Source: Mobula hypostoma
Lineage: Eukaryota
Direction of reading: 5' to 3'
Length of the DNA: 64,000 bases
Assembly (NCBI RefSeq): GCF_963921235.1
Contig: NC_086108.1
Span: 81,904,001-81,968,000 of the forward strand
The notes under the pieces are model-generated. The model searched no databases. It saw only the letters and a list, made by a program, of their open reading frames with translations, and was not told the origin of the DNA. This document shows positions 25,007-37,982 of this stretch, in pieces (positions within the stretch are counted from its first letter, which is position 1; each line of letters opens with the position of its first letter). The translations under genes were made by a program, and so were the position numbers.

Positions 25007-25328
25007 GTAAGTGTAGAGCTCTTAGTACATTGTTAATTGAGGTCTCACTGTTGGATACTGTATCTTGATTATTTTTGTGTCAGCCATTAACACTCATTCT
25101 GTTCAGATGCCTCCCTTTAACTGCTTGCCATTTTCCAACTGCATAATCGATAAATTAGTAACATTGCTTCCATTTTTATCTAATTGTACATTCTTTCATC
25201 TGTGAAAAAGAAAAATCATAGGTGATGGGTAATGTTTTAAATAAGAAAACTGTTCTCTTTATTTTTTATGAAGATATGAATCCATCCAAGTAAAGTGTTA
25301 TAACACTAAAATTGGCTTTGTTTTCCAG

Positions 25329-25431
25329 AGTCGGCGCTGGAGTTCTGCACAGGCCCGTGAATTCTGGTATCTTCATATCACTTTGGCGTCACTAGTCTTA
25401 CATACAGACATTTCATCCCTACTCACAGTTG
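25329..25431 (+). CDS. USP24: USP24 coding exon (SRRWSSAQAREFWYLHITLASLVLHTDISSLLTV-D)
   Basis: ttttccag| acceptor, |gtatgt donor, 103 nt, phase 0->1. Contains the RRWSSAQAREF motif. Confidence 0.93.
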
Positions 25432-27320
25432 GTATGTTGAGTTTACTTTTAGAGATTAGCTTCCATAAAATATTGCCAAAGTGAAGACCAGTATTCGATG
25501 ATTCTCTGTGCATATATACACATTTTAATTAAGTGTTGCTCAAAATTGAGATATCATCAAACAGTAACGTTATGCCTCATGGCATGAAGTTGAGAGATCA
25601 AAGGAGGGTGAATGAAGCATGGGACATACAACAAAGGCAATTGTTTCACAAAATTGTCAAAGGTGATTAATGGATACCGTCTCAGAATATCCGTATGGTA
25701 AATGCAAAATTCATGTTGAGTGATTGCAGTATTGAGGACTGTGTTTAGCTTAAGAGAATGGATGTAATGTGCCCTTAATTGGAGAAAGAGTAGAGAAAAC
25801 TGAGGTGATTGATGAGCACAAGTTCAAGTGCAAATAAAAGTTACAATATTTCAATGCAGTGCAAAGGTGTTTGAGCACATATGTGTACATAGTAGATTGC
25901 TGTAAACTGTGTCCGAGTTGATTACCTCAGTTATTTTTAGTTCCAGTGTTTTGCTTTTAATCATCATTTTAATTGTTTCCTCGCTGGATATTATTTAGTA
26001 ATATTGGGTATTGTCTGCTGCCTCGGTTAAGCCACTTGGGAAATGGAATCCCTAGCCTACTTCCACTCCATAACCTTGGATTTTAATTTCGGTTTAATAT
26101 TCTAGATGCTGCGTTTTTGCTGAACATAGGTTCATTGAGTAGGAACACTATAATTAAAAGCCCGAGTAGGCCATTTTACTCTTTTACCTGTGCTACCATT
26201 CATTAAGAAATAACTGAATCTTTCACTTCAGTAGTGCTTTCCTACACCAACCACATTTGTCTCGATTACTTTCATATCCAAAGATATATTGATCCCTTCC
26301 TTAAAAATATCAAGTGACTGAGCCACCCCAACCCTTTTAGTAGAGCATTCTAAAGATTCACTACCCAGGGTAAAGAAATTTCTACTTTCTTCAACTTTTT
26401 GTCATGAGTCTGTGATCTCTCCTAGTTCCAGCTACCCCAGATAGTGGTAGTGTCAACTTAGTCAATACCATTAGAGAATTTGTGCATTTCAAAGTGACCA
26501 CTTCTCATTCTTCTGAATTTGAGCGTAAAGATCAGCCTACTTCATCTTTTTTTGTCCAGTGAACTCACCATCCTAATGATCTGGTGAACTCCATGGATAT
26601 ATCCTTTCTTGGGTTGAGTGATTGCATCTCTGCACAATATTTCAGTTGTGCTTTAAGGTTTTCATATAATTGAAGTAAGACCTTTCTACTCTAAATTCTT
26701 TTATAATAAAATCAGTTGGAACAAAAAAAGATAAACTGCAGGAAGAATTCAGTGGGTCAAGTAGTATCTCTTGTTGCAAGCTTGATGTATTGATGTTTTG
26801 GGTTGAGAACCTGCATCAAGGCTGGCAACGTAGAGGGGAAGAAGAAAGAATGCTAATGTATAGAAATGCAGTGGGTGTGGTGTAGAAACAGGAGCTGGTA
26901 GAACCAGATGAGGTCAGCAATGATGGGCAGATGGAAAAGGAGGATAATACCAGGATGGATCGTTGGAAAATGGTAAAGATATGCTGGGGAGAAAGTTTTG
27001 CCTAGGCCACTCAGGCTCCTTTGAGTACTACCTGTCAATCTGTCTAACAAAATGAACTTGGAATAGAATTAAGATGCAATCTTTAAGATTTAAGGCAATT
27101 TGCAGGGTTGATTTGGTGTAGCAAAAGGCAACCTTGAATTTCTACTAAATAAGCTTTGAGTACTTTCTGATTCCTAGTATGGAAGCTCTCAGGAGCAGTT
27201 GTCACCTGTCACTGTGGTTAAAAGAAAAATTGATTCTGCTGTCTGATTCTAAAGAAGTATTTGCTTTGACTTCCAGTTTTCTTCTTGGTTCATTTGGGCA
27301 AGCGTAGGTTACCAGTAACG

Positions 27321-27495
27321 CACACTAAATGCTGGAAGGATTCAGCAACTCAGCCAACATCTATGGAGGGAAATAAACAGTTGGTGTTTGGGCTGAGAAT
27401 TCCTGATGAAAGGGTCTTGGCCTGAAATGTCGACTGTTCATTTCTTTCCAGGGATGCTGCCTGACTTGCTGAGTTCCCTAAGCATTTTGTGTGGT
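27321..27495. mobile_element. Palindromic non-autonomous PLE-derived element with central hammerhead core
   Basis: Inverted pLTR halves around tcCTGATGAaagggtcttggcctGAAAtgTCgact. Similar, shorter palindromes occur at about 8452-8550, 30672-30790 and 43343-43490. Confidence 0.7.
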
Positions 27496-27600
27496 TATTC
27501 ACTTCATGGCATGTGTTTTGGGTCTGGAAGCTAAGAAAAAATATGGTTGAAAATAGCTGAAGTAGAAGACAAGCAATATTATTATTTGTTTTTGTTTAAG

Positions 27601-27701
27601 ATCCCGGGCAGTACAAATGGCATTCACCAACTCCACAGGTACCTTTGCACCAAGACGTAGAAACTCTCTTCAGACCTGAAGGACAAAATTACTTACTTGA
27701 G
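27601..27701 (+). CDS. USP24: USP24 coding exon (PGQYKWHSPTPQVPLHQDVETLFRPEGQNYLLE)
   Basis: tttgtttaag| acceptor, |gtaatg donor, 101 nt, phase 1->0. PLH..VE.LF..EG..YLLE similarity. Confidence 0.88.
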
Positions 27702-28049
27702 GTAATGTTTTGTAATATTTGTTTTGTATGACTTGATAAGTAACATTTAGTGATTCTAGTGTTCATCTCTCAGAATAATCCAGGGAAGTCAGTAGGGATG
27801 TTTAACATCAGGTTAGATAGCTGGGCTGAGAGAAATTCCATTTATTTGCAAGATCTCTTGATGTAGTTATTTTCAGGATAACACTTTCCATGTACAGTTA
27901 CAGAATGCTGCTCCCAGCCTTTTTAAATGTGAAAAAAGAGAAAAATAAAGTTAAAATTTATGGTGTAGGGATTTTGCAAACTTTTGTTCCTGTTTGTGGT
28001 AAATGCAAAAGAAGTAGTGGCATTTTTAATTAAATTTAATTTATTTCAG

Positions 28050-28166
28050 GTTATGTATGCTATGCGAGAGCTGACGGGATCTTTATCTGTGCTTTCGGAG
28101 ATGGTGACTTACTGCTGTTTCTGCAATGAACATTTCTCATTGGTACAAGCATTACAGACCATTAAG
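28050..28166 (+). CDS. USP24: USP24 coding exon (VMYAMRELTGSLSVLSEMVTYCCFCNEHFSLVQALQTIK)
   Basis: ttatttcag| acceptor, |gtaaat donor, 117 nt. Contains RELTGSL and YCCFCNEHFS. Confidence 0.94.
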
Positions 28167-28947
28167 GTAAATGGACAGAATGAATAAAGGATTCTTTGCT
28201 TCAACATTTGGTTGTTCATTGATGAGAAGGAGACAAGTGATTCTGAACAAAGACTTCCACTTCTGCTTATATATTGGAACTGTTTTACTGGCAGCTCATA
28301 CTGATAACAAAGGAGAGAGTAGTGAGAATAAAATTAGTCAGCGTTAATAAATGTTCACGATCTACAAGTCAGGAGTGTGGTGAAATACTCACCCATTACC
28401 TGAGTGAATCTATTTTCCAACAACATTCAAGAATATCAACACCATAAAGGACATGGTAGGCCACTTGATAGGCACCCTATCGATAACCATTCACTCACTC
28501 CAGCACCAGCACACAGTAACAATTTGTACCATCTAAGCTTCCTTAGATGGCACCTTCCAAACCAATGACCTCTGCCTGGAGGATAAGGACAGCAAAAGCA
28601 TGGGAGCACCACTAATTAGAAGTTGTATTTCAATCCATACACCGCCCTGACTTGGAAATAGTTCACTGTTCCTTCACCGTTGCTGGGTGGATGTGCTGGA
28701 ACACCCTCTCTAACTACATTATGGGTATGCCCTTTAGAACTGCAGCGGTTCAAGAAGGCTGCCAACCACTACCTTCTTAAGGGCAATTAGGGATGGACAT
28801 TTAAATGCTGGCTCAGCATGTGAATACAGAAATACTGAATTTTTGCTAAAGGTTTGCTAAGGTTAGGTTAGTATACTGTACTGAGCAGAAGTTTTCGGCA
28901 CACATATATATAGCTAAGGTGCCTAAAACTTGCATAGTACTGCAATA

Positions 28948-29349
28948 GTGAATGAACTCGCTGGAAGAAATTACTGGTAGATACAAAGCAGCTTCTTTAT
29001 TCGACAAAACAAGGTACAGCAGGCATCATGTGGAGACAATTTCGGTAGAAAGGTCTGCTGGCCCAACGTGAGACTCGATATTTTATGTGCTAAACACGAA
29101 GGACAATTCCATATTTACAAAGTGTAGATAATGCTTCCTTTTGAAACTACATACAAACTTCACACCTCGTGATCTGCATCCATACCACAGACGCCAGCAT
29201 CATCTGGACTGGGATTCACAGCTTTTAAGAACCCATTGTTCAGACCTACACTCCAAATAAAATTCACAATACATATTCAAAGGCAAAAGACTGGTAGCCA
29301 AAGCCATTTGCCAAAGGTAAATGACCCAAACCCAAAAATCACTCTAACA
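28948..29349 (-). mobile_element. Truncated LTR-like segment
   Basis: Ends in ..ctctaaca (TGTTAG on the minus strand), has a minus-strand AATAAA, and abuts a local duplication. Confidence 0.45.
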
Positions 29350-31573
29350 GATGGCACCTTCCAAACCAATGACCTCTGCCTGGAGGATAAGGACAGCAAA
29401 ATCATGGGAGCACCACTAATTAGAAGTTGTATTTCAATCCACACACCGCTCTGACTTGGAAATAGTTCACTTGCACAGTCCTTTAGTAATTTTACATATT
29501 ACACTGTACTGCTGCCTTTAAAAGCAAAATTCATGATATATGTGAGTGATGATAAACCTGATTCTGATATGGGTCTCTGTTGTGGAGTGAGAGTGGGAAG
29601 GAGGCAGAGAAAGGGGAGTCATGGTTGGGAAAAGGAGGAAGGGAGCAGCAAACACCAGAAAGACAATTCGTAATGATCAATAAACCAATTGTTTGGAACC
29701 TTGACCTTGCCTGGTGTCTCAGGACTGAATGTGCCTGTACCTGCACCACCCCCACCCCAGTATTCCTTCTCTGCCACCTCTCCCACACGCCGCCCACAGC
29801 GTTCCACCCTTGCCATTCCCAATGTTCTATTTATTATAGATTATTATAAATTACTGTGATTGCACATTTAGACGTAACATAAAGATTTTTACTCCTCATG
29901 TATGTGAAGAATGTACAAAATAAAGTCAATTCAATTCAATTCAATATCCTTTGCTCCCACCGGATTTACCAACTCGCTCTCTACTCTGCATTTACAAAAA
30001 ACAGTACTGTGCAAAAGGCTAGAAGCATTTCTCACTTCTTTCATCCCTCATTGTGAATGCACTGCATTTTTCCATTCCCTTTCCCTTCTAAATGCTTATA
30101 GCTGGAGTGCCGGAGACTTCTGCACAATACCGCATGTAGGCTTTAATCACCACAAACACATTTTGTTTCCAATATGAGTGCTGACAAAAGAGAATAAGGA
30201 TCACTGAGGGATAATAAAGCAGGAGTTTCAACTTGTGCAAAACCCCAAGACCCATGTATTATCAGTCTGACCAAGGGCTGGGCTCTTTGGTTCCAAATTA
30301 GGCCAAAGGGAAGTGATTTTTAAAGCTGTCATATTCCCAAGTGTGAACCAATGGGGTGACATCCTTAAGGGAAAGAGAATGGAAAAATGCAATGCATCCA
30401 TAATGAGGGATATAAAAAGTGAGAAATGATTCTAGCAAGGGTTGTTAGACCATTTGTTTATGGTAGCTTTTACCACAAACAATGGTTCAGGCTTCTTTCA
30501 GGGAAAATACGATAAAATTTGAAGTGGAGGAAGCCTTGAAATAAAAGCAAAAGGACCACAAGTTTCTGCTCGAGGTGGGGAATAGAGGAAAGCATGTTTC
30601 AACATAATTTCATTGAGTTTTGCACCAGGTGATAATACAACAGAAAATTAAGATTTTAGAAACCTGAAGCATACAGAAAATCCTGAAACCACTCAGCAGA
30701 TGTTGAAGCATCTTAAAAAAAAAAGTGAACATGCAGCAGCTGTAAATGCTGCCTAGCCTGCTGGGCTTTTCCTGACTCAGCATTTTCTGTCATTTTGTAA
30801 GCAATCCTGGTAAAAGCAGTCATTCCTGAATTCTAAGGGTGGAAAAACAGCATGTGCTGCTCCAGATTTTCTGAGTAGATAGCAGGAGAACAAAGGCAGC
30901 TCCCTCTGTGAGGTCAGGACGTAGCCTGGAGATAAGAGACAAAAGGGCGCATTTTGTTTAATTTTGATATGACTCTAATATTATGATATTTTACTCTTTT
31001 TTTATATAATATTGCTCACAAATTGAGAAATACTTTGAAGAAAAATACTGATAGAACTCAGCCTATTTTCCATTTTCCTTTCAATAGCTTGTAGTCCACA
31101 ACATTGGACTATGCTTTTCCTACCCTTCTTCGTATCCTCTATATGAGAAAATATTTTTTTTCCATTCCTCATCAGTATTTGTACCTGTTACTTTATATCC
31201 ACGCATGCATCCTGATATTGATCTCTTTATGAATAGAAATTAGTCCATATCTTTGCCTATCATAATGTTCTGTTCCTCAGTTAGACCTCTCCTTGGTTTC
31301 CACAAATCTTAAGAAAACCTCCAAACTAGCATTGTCTACTGTTATTAATAGCCTCACAAATATCTCCCTAATGTTCTACCTACTGTTGAATCCCATAGAC
31401 TTTTGTTTTTCTTACCAATCTGTTAAAGATGCTTGTTAAAAGCCTTGCTCAGATGGATGCGGATCATATCAAAAAAAGCTACTTATTGGTGTAGTTACAT
31501 AAACATGGACCAAGGGTTAATTATGATTTTCTGTAATAACATTTTATGATTATGTATGTTTTGTGTTACTCAG

Positions 31574-31639
31574 ATCCAACTGGAGACAGCTCCACCTCAC
31601 GAATTGAAAAATATCTTCCAGTTACTGCATGAAATCCTG
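31574..31639 (+). CDS. USP24: USP24 coding exon (IQLETAPPHELKNIFQLLHEIL)
   Basis: cag| acceptor, |gtatgt donor, 66 nt. QLETAPPHELKN.FQLLHEIL. Confidence 0.94.
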
Positions 31640-31780
31640 GTATGTACGAGAATTATGAATGGCTTTCTTAGCCTTGTATGTTAGATAAAATGTATACAGT
31701 AGTAGACATAACAATGCAGCACTAGGGCCCGTGCTCAGAACCTAAATGGTCAAAGTTGTTGTTGGGGCTTGCATTTCTTT

Positions 31781-32003
31781 TGCCGGCTGGTGGCGTAGTG
31801 GCATCAACGCCGGACTTTGGAGTGAAGGCTCCTGAGTTCAAACCCAGACGGCCCCCCAGACACGCTTTTCCATCCGTGCTGGTTTGAGTGTTGAGCTAGC
31901 AACTCGACCTCGTAAGAAAGAAATTGCCTGCTACAGAAACATCAACAGCAAGAAGTTGATGGCCTATGCTCTCTCGTGAGTTTAAAAGGCAATTTCATTT
32001 TTT
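31781..32003 (+). mobile_element. tRNA-derived SINE
   Basis: A box TGGCGTAGTGG and B box GTTCAAACC. 12-bp TSD TTGCATTTCTTT at 31769-80 and 32004-15. Confidence 0.8.
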
Positions 32004-32394
32004 TTGCATTTCTTTGACTTTATTGATGACTTTACTGAGGTAATGACTTAACCACTCTTTGACTGTAGCAATTCAAATCACTATTTCCAAGTTTGAGCAG
32101 ATTGTCCAAGAGGAAGAGATAAATTTGGGGAAAAAAATGAAGCCAACAAATAACATGAAGAAAAAAATAAGTCCTTAAAAATAAATTCCAAATTTAAATT
32201 GCGATTATGGTTTAACTTCTTGTATAGTACGAACAACAGGCTGATAATAACCGACAAAGCAAGTAGGGCATGCTGGTAGTCTTTGGAAAAAGTAAATGAG
32301 AGTGTATCAGCGGCCTACTCACACTAGAGCGAAGAATCCGTTGTGAAATAACCACACCAGTAACTAACTTGTTTTCTCTCACCTTGTTTTCAAG

Positions 32395-32461
32395 GTTATT
32401 GAAGATCCATTGCAATCTCGCCGGCTACAGTTTGCTTTTGAGTCGGAGAAAGGACTTTTAG
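32395..32461 (+). CDS. USP24: USP24 coding exon (VIEDPLQSRRLQFAFESEKGLL-A)
   Basis: ttttcaag| acceptor, |gtacat donor, 67 nt, phase 0->1. VIEDP.Q..R..F.FE.E.GLL. Confidence 0.92.
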
Positions 32462-33341
32462 GTACATATTTGTTAACTAACCCACCACCTATAAATTCAG
32501 TCCCCTCCACTCTGATGACAGAAGGATAGAATGCATGCTAGCAGACATTGGAATAAGTGTAGATTTCACAACAGAGGAGTTGAGGGAGGCATGAGGGACA
32601 TTTTTTGGAGGTGAATGACTTTGTCGAGGTCAGCAATTTAATCCAAATTGAAATGGATGCCAAACGAAAACAAATTAATGCCACTTGACATTGTGCCTAG
32701 GGAACATTCATAGTGTAGTCTAGGTTAACGGGTTCCCATCTTCTCCTTAATTGGAGGAAAAAATTATTATAGATTTCTAGCACTGGGTAGCAGGTAAATA
32801 GTTTGATGGCATAGAGCCAGTGGATTGAGTCTGATGAAAACGGAGTCCACTGCTAAACAAATGGAGGAAAAAGGCACTGTTAGAAATGTTATGGCTATAT
32901 TTGGATAGTTAATTCTGATGGTCTGCGTGGCGGGTTGGAAATGCGTCTCTACCACGTTCCCTCCAGTAGTCTGCTGGTCGCCTTTGGACAAGGTGTAACT
33001 CCGGCTTAGCCCCACCCTCCCCCAGTCAGGGTCATGTGAAGGGGATTCAGTTACTTAATCCATGGCATCTGAAAAGCTGAGGAGTCAAATAAGTCTTGTA
33101 TCAGGTTCCTCAGCTCAACACATGTGCTCCTCCCCTGGAATTTGGTGCTGAGCCTAACATTGGCCTGAAAGGTTGAATGTGTCTGCCAGTCAGCAAGGAG
33201 GCCACAACTGTGCTGACCCACATGCTGATGTCAACTGGTTCTGTACATGAGTGTTGATTGCAGTCAGAAGCTACTGAGAAAGGGAAGGCATACAATGCAA
33301 CCTGATATGTTGGGAGAGTAACTAGCTTTGTGCCTGATACA

Positions 33342-34770
33342 CAGTTGCAAGAAAAAGTTTGTGAACCCTTTGCAATTACCTGGTTTTCTGTATTAATTAC
33401 TTATAAAATGTAGTGTGATCTTCTTCTAAGTCACTAAGATAGGCAAACACAATCTGCCTAAGCTAATAACACACCCTGCTTGCATCATACATCAGGGTGC
33501 TCTCTTTGTCCCAGAAGTATTGTGAAACATCCAGGTGGTCTTTTGCAAATGAGACATGCAGCAATGGTGGGTTTTTTTTTGGAGAACAGTGATTTCCTCC
33601 ATGGTGTCCTTCCCCAAGCACTATACTTGTTCAGTGTTTTTCTTCTACTGGACACACGGACAGAGACTTTAGTACAAGTTCTAGAGATTTCTACCGGTCT
33701 TTTACTTTTACCTTTGGGTTCTTCTTCATCTCCTTCAGCATTGCACATTGTGTTCTTGGTGTGATCTTTGCAGGCCAGCCACTCTTAGGGACAGTAGCAA
33801 CAGTATTGAATTTCTTCCATTTGTAGACAGTTTTTCTTACTGAGGACTAATGAACACTCGGGTCTTTAGAAATGCTTTTGCAGTCTTTTCCAGCTTCATG
33901 TATCTCTACAATTCTTCTCCTAAGGCCGTCTGAAAGTTGCTTTGATTGATTCAAATTTATTTGTCAGTTAACCATATATGAATACAGCCAAACGAGACAG
34001 TGTTATTACGGGGTCAAAGTGTAAAGACACGTTACCAACAAGCATCTACAAGATCACAATCAAGTAATAAGAGTCTTGAAGCCCATCTCCCTTCCTCCCT
34101 CCTCCCCCCCGCTATTTGATGTATACAAGTCAACAAACCCACATAGAATATCAGTAAACATACATCGCCTCAGAATGTACATATATAAAAATATATATGT
34201 ATGTGTGTGTGTATGTATATGTATATAGTCCAGAGCCTTCAGTCCATTTTAAATCTTCAGTTGCCACAATTGTGCTACGCCACCCCCAGTAGAGCACAAT
34301 GGTTCAATGCCTCACCTCCATCAGCTGGAAAGCAAGCGATCCCACAGCTTGAGTCCATTGAGTGCCACTGAAAAATCTTCAGTCAGCCACAACAGAGCAT
34401 AAGCAGATCTTTCTTGAGAAGAGCAGGCTCCGTCAGTAACCTGATTTTCTGTGTCTTTTTTATAGGGCAGGGCACCTCTACAACCCACACCTCCAATCTC
34501 ATCTCATTGATTGGAACACTTGACTCCAAATAGCTTTTGTAGAAGGCATTACCCCAGAGATTCACATACTTTTTTTGAACCTAGACTGTGATTGTTTAAA
34601 TGGTATACTCAGTATTGATGAGAAGAAGTACAATTATTCATGTGTTATTAGTTTAGCCAGATTGTGTTTGTCTATTATTGTGACTTGGATGAAAATCGGA
34701 CCACAGTTTGAGTATTTAATGCAGAAAACCAGGTAATTACAAAGAGTTCACAAACTTTTTCTTGCAATTA
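33342..34770 (-). mobile_element. Tc1/mariner element, deleted, with an internal insertion (about 33950-34545)
   Basis: TIRs cagttgcaagaaaaagtttgtgaac / gttcacaaactttttcttgcaa. A transposase remnant lies on the minus strand at 33485-33950. Confidence 0.8.
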
Positions 34771-35194
34771 TATAAGCATATGCTTTTTAAACGAACTGTT
34801 GCTTTCTGTTGTCCTTTTCCCAAAGAAGCTTGAATCGTTATATTCTTTCAAGTCTGAATGAGATGAGCAAATCTAATACATACTTTGGACTCGACCTCTG
34901 CTTTCCAAGTCTGAATTGCAACATATTTATTGAGTCCGTAGTTTTGAATTACTTTCAGATAACTGAATCGTGTTTGGCTGCATGCCTGCACCTCATTCTT
35001 TTCAACACCCTACTCCTGCCAGTGTTGTAAGCTTGCCAATAGTGTTCACATATTTGTGTATGTAGCACTTGTGTGTATGGCGCATAGTATCCAGCTGAAC
35101 GACTCTGGAATATCTTTAATATAGTCTTGCTTTTTTCATCAGCTTGTTCTGCACTATTAATTTTTTAAATCAATATTCTCTGTCCACTCCACAG

Positions 35195-35273
35195 CCTTGA
35201 TGCACCAGAGTAACAATGTTGACAGCAGTCGCTGCTATCAGTGTATCAAATTCTTGGTACTGTTAGCTCAGAA
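35195..35273 (+). CDS. USP24: USP24 coding exon (LMHQSNNVDSSRCYQCIKFLVLLAQ-K)
   Basis: ccacag| acceptor, |gtaagt donor, 79 nt, phase 1->2. DSSRCYQC.KFLV motif. Confidence 0.94.
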
Positions 35274-36859
35274 GTAAGTATTTGAACTTAAAATTGATTT
35301 TAAAATATGAACATGATTTTGCTGATTTTTTTTCTGAGTGGCTTACATTTATTGTAAATATTGAATTACTGTCCAAGGCAGTTCACTTTAGACAATATTA
35401 GCTTTTTAAAGGCTTGAGAAGTGATCAGAAGCTTTGCCATACCTGGTGATGACATATAAATGTGAGTAAGGCAAGAGTATTTAGGATACGTGGTCAGGAT
35501 TAATAGTTCAAGGTAATTTACATGTCAAACAATATTCTATTCAAGTCTCAATCTTCTAACTAACATTTCATCTGAAGGTGTTTTTGCCCACACAACAGGC
35601 CGTCCTATAAAAATGTAACTATCCTCTAATCTTGCTTGGTTGAGATGTTTCTTTACGGCTGATTAGAGTTCCAAGTATAACAGAAAAGCGGGCTGTTTTT
35701 TTTTTATTCCATTACTGTTACTTAATGAGTTCTTAAAGTTACTATGACCTGGAATGTGTTTTATGCTTCTTGATTGGATTTTTACAAGTGAACAAGTTGA
35801 ATGTAAAATTGAAGAACTTCCCCTATGACAAATTGTAAACTGAGTTCTGAAGAAGGATCTTTGACCTGCAAATTGTTTCTCTTCTTTTCATAAATGCAGA
35901 CTAACACAGGTGCAGCATTTCAAGCAATTTCTGATTTTATTTTAGGTTTCAGAATCTGCAAGTTTTTTTTTAAAGATTTTTAGTTCTAAATGTGCTGTGC
36001 CTCACTTGAGTGCTGGTTTAATGGGTTACAAGTTACAAACAAACTTTCAAGCAACGGCTGTATAGTCTGAGTCCATTACAACATTGTAGAGTACACAATC
36101 CAGGCATTTTTCATTATTTATACCTACTTATGGCCTTTTTTGGAGCAATTCTTTGGTATCACTTGCCATAGACAAAATGGAAGTTACGTTGACTATATTG
36201 TCAGGTATTGTGTCTGGCTTGTTCTTGAAAGAAAACCGGAGAGCAAGGTATCATGGAGAGTGTAATTAATCTGGGAACAATTGAGAAACAATATAAAATA
36301 TTGTAGTTGCTAGAAATCTGAAATAAAATATGGTGGCAGCATTCAGTTTCCTGATTGGATGCTACCTGCCAAATGGTCAGGGAGCATTTAGTGATAATAG
36401 AAAGTGAAGTTGATATTTTAGGCTGATATTTTTTTTCTCACACCACATGCTCCCATCTTTCTCAGTTCCATATTTGATATTAAGAAACTTGACTTCATTC
36501 ACTGGCTCCATCCCAGGAACTTGGATCAAGGAAATTTGTGTTGACTTACAGTAACCACTGAGCGGAAGTATTTGTTTAAATGAGGGGAAATCACTTCTGG
36601 GGAATATCGTATTTTCATACAGTAGCGCACCTTTAACTTGTCCGAATGCCTCAAAGGTGTTTCCATGGCATTTTTAAATAAATGCATATTGAAACAGAGG
36701 ATGATATTAGGGCAGGTGACAAAAGGCTTTTTTTTAATGAAGATTCATAAAGGCAGTCAAGAAGGATGGGAGTTCAAAAATTAGGACTATAATAGCTTGA
36801 AATCATGGCACCTATGATGGAGAGATTGCTAATGGATCTGATTACTAGCCTAGATATAA

Positions 36860-37168
36860 TAATAGACATCCGTTAGTCTGCTGAGACCATGGATTTGCAC
36901 CTTGGAAGGTTTCCAGGGTGCAGGCCTGGGCAAGGTTGTATGGAAGACCAGCAGTTGCCCATGCTGCAAGTCTCCCCTCTCCACGCCACCAATGTTGTCT
37001 AAGGGAAGGGCATTAGGACCCATACAGCTTGGCACCAGTGTCGTCGCAGAGCAATGTGTGGTTAAGTGCCTTGCTCAAGGACACAACACGCTGCCTCAGC
37101 CAAGGCACGAACTAGCGACTTTCAGATCACTAGACGAACGCCTTAACCACTTGGCCACGTGCCAACAC
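36860..37168 (-). mobile_element. tRNA-derived SINE
   Basis: Minus-strand A box TGGCCAAGTGG and a B-box-like GTTCGTGCC. 13-bp TSD AGCCTAGATATAA at 36847-59 and 37169-81. Confidence 0.85.
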
Positions 37169-37906
37169 AGCCTAGATATAAAAGAGCACTGATATTTCAG
37201 AGGTTCTTGGCCAAGAGGATACTCAAGTAGGGAGGGGAAAACCCATCATATTTGAGAGAAAAAGGTGACCACTTTACATTCTAGATAGATCTGAATGGTG
37301 ATCAGGCACTGATGTATTTCATGAAGTATTGAATTATTAGTGGTCCTAGGAACTTGTCACCTGTGTAAGATCTTTCCAGTTTATGTAGAACAGCAGTTAA
37401 TAACTTAGTTGGTCACCACAATTGCTAAACAGTTTGCCTTTTTTAAAAAGAACATACTTATTGTACCACATGTTTCCTTCCTCTGGTTCAAATGCGTGCC
37501 AATTGATGGCTAGTTTTATGCATATCTCTATGGAGATGGTTGAGGCTGGGCGCTCATGTGATGTATGTTTTTATTTCCCACTTACCATTCTGTACCTGAA
37601 CACTGTCTAGATCTTGCCACCTTCATGCATGGTTTGATTTATGTTTGACCATTGGACAATTATTCCAATGATGCTAATTTACTTCAGTTTTACCAAAGCT
37701 TGGCCATACCACACTTCTAAATTTTGCTTTCATGTCAAGAGCAGTCACTCTCATCTCTAGAATTCATCTTAAACTGTCTTTCTGCTTTATACCTAGGTTT
37801 TTGAGAGTAGCAAGTGCTACTTTGTTTAATTTAACCAGATCTTTGGTTTTATTTTAATTTTGCTTTTCCTCATTCCAAGATAATTGTTTGCTTTATTATT
37901 TAATAG

Positions 37907-37982
37907 ATGTCCAGCTGCAAAGGACTACTTTCGTGAACATCCCCATCATTGGAGCTGGGCTGTGCAGTGGTTACAGAAAAAG
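37907..37982 (+). CDS. USP24: USP24 coding exon (CPAAKDYFREHPHHWSWAVQWLQKK)
   Basis: taatag| acceptor, |gtaagt donor, 76 nt, phase 2->0. HHWSWAVQWLQKK. Confidence 0.95.

Noticed and set aside
31781..37168. tRNA-like A/B boxes at about 31790 and 37100-37165
   Set aside because: They are flanked by TSDs and attached to SINE bodies, with no complete cloverleaf, so they are not tRNA genes.
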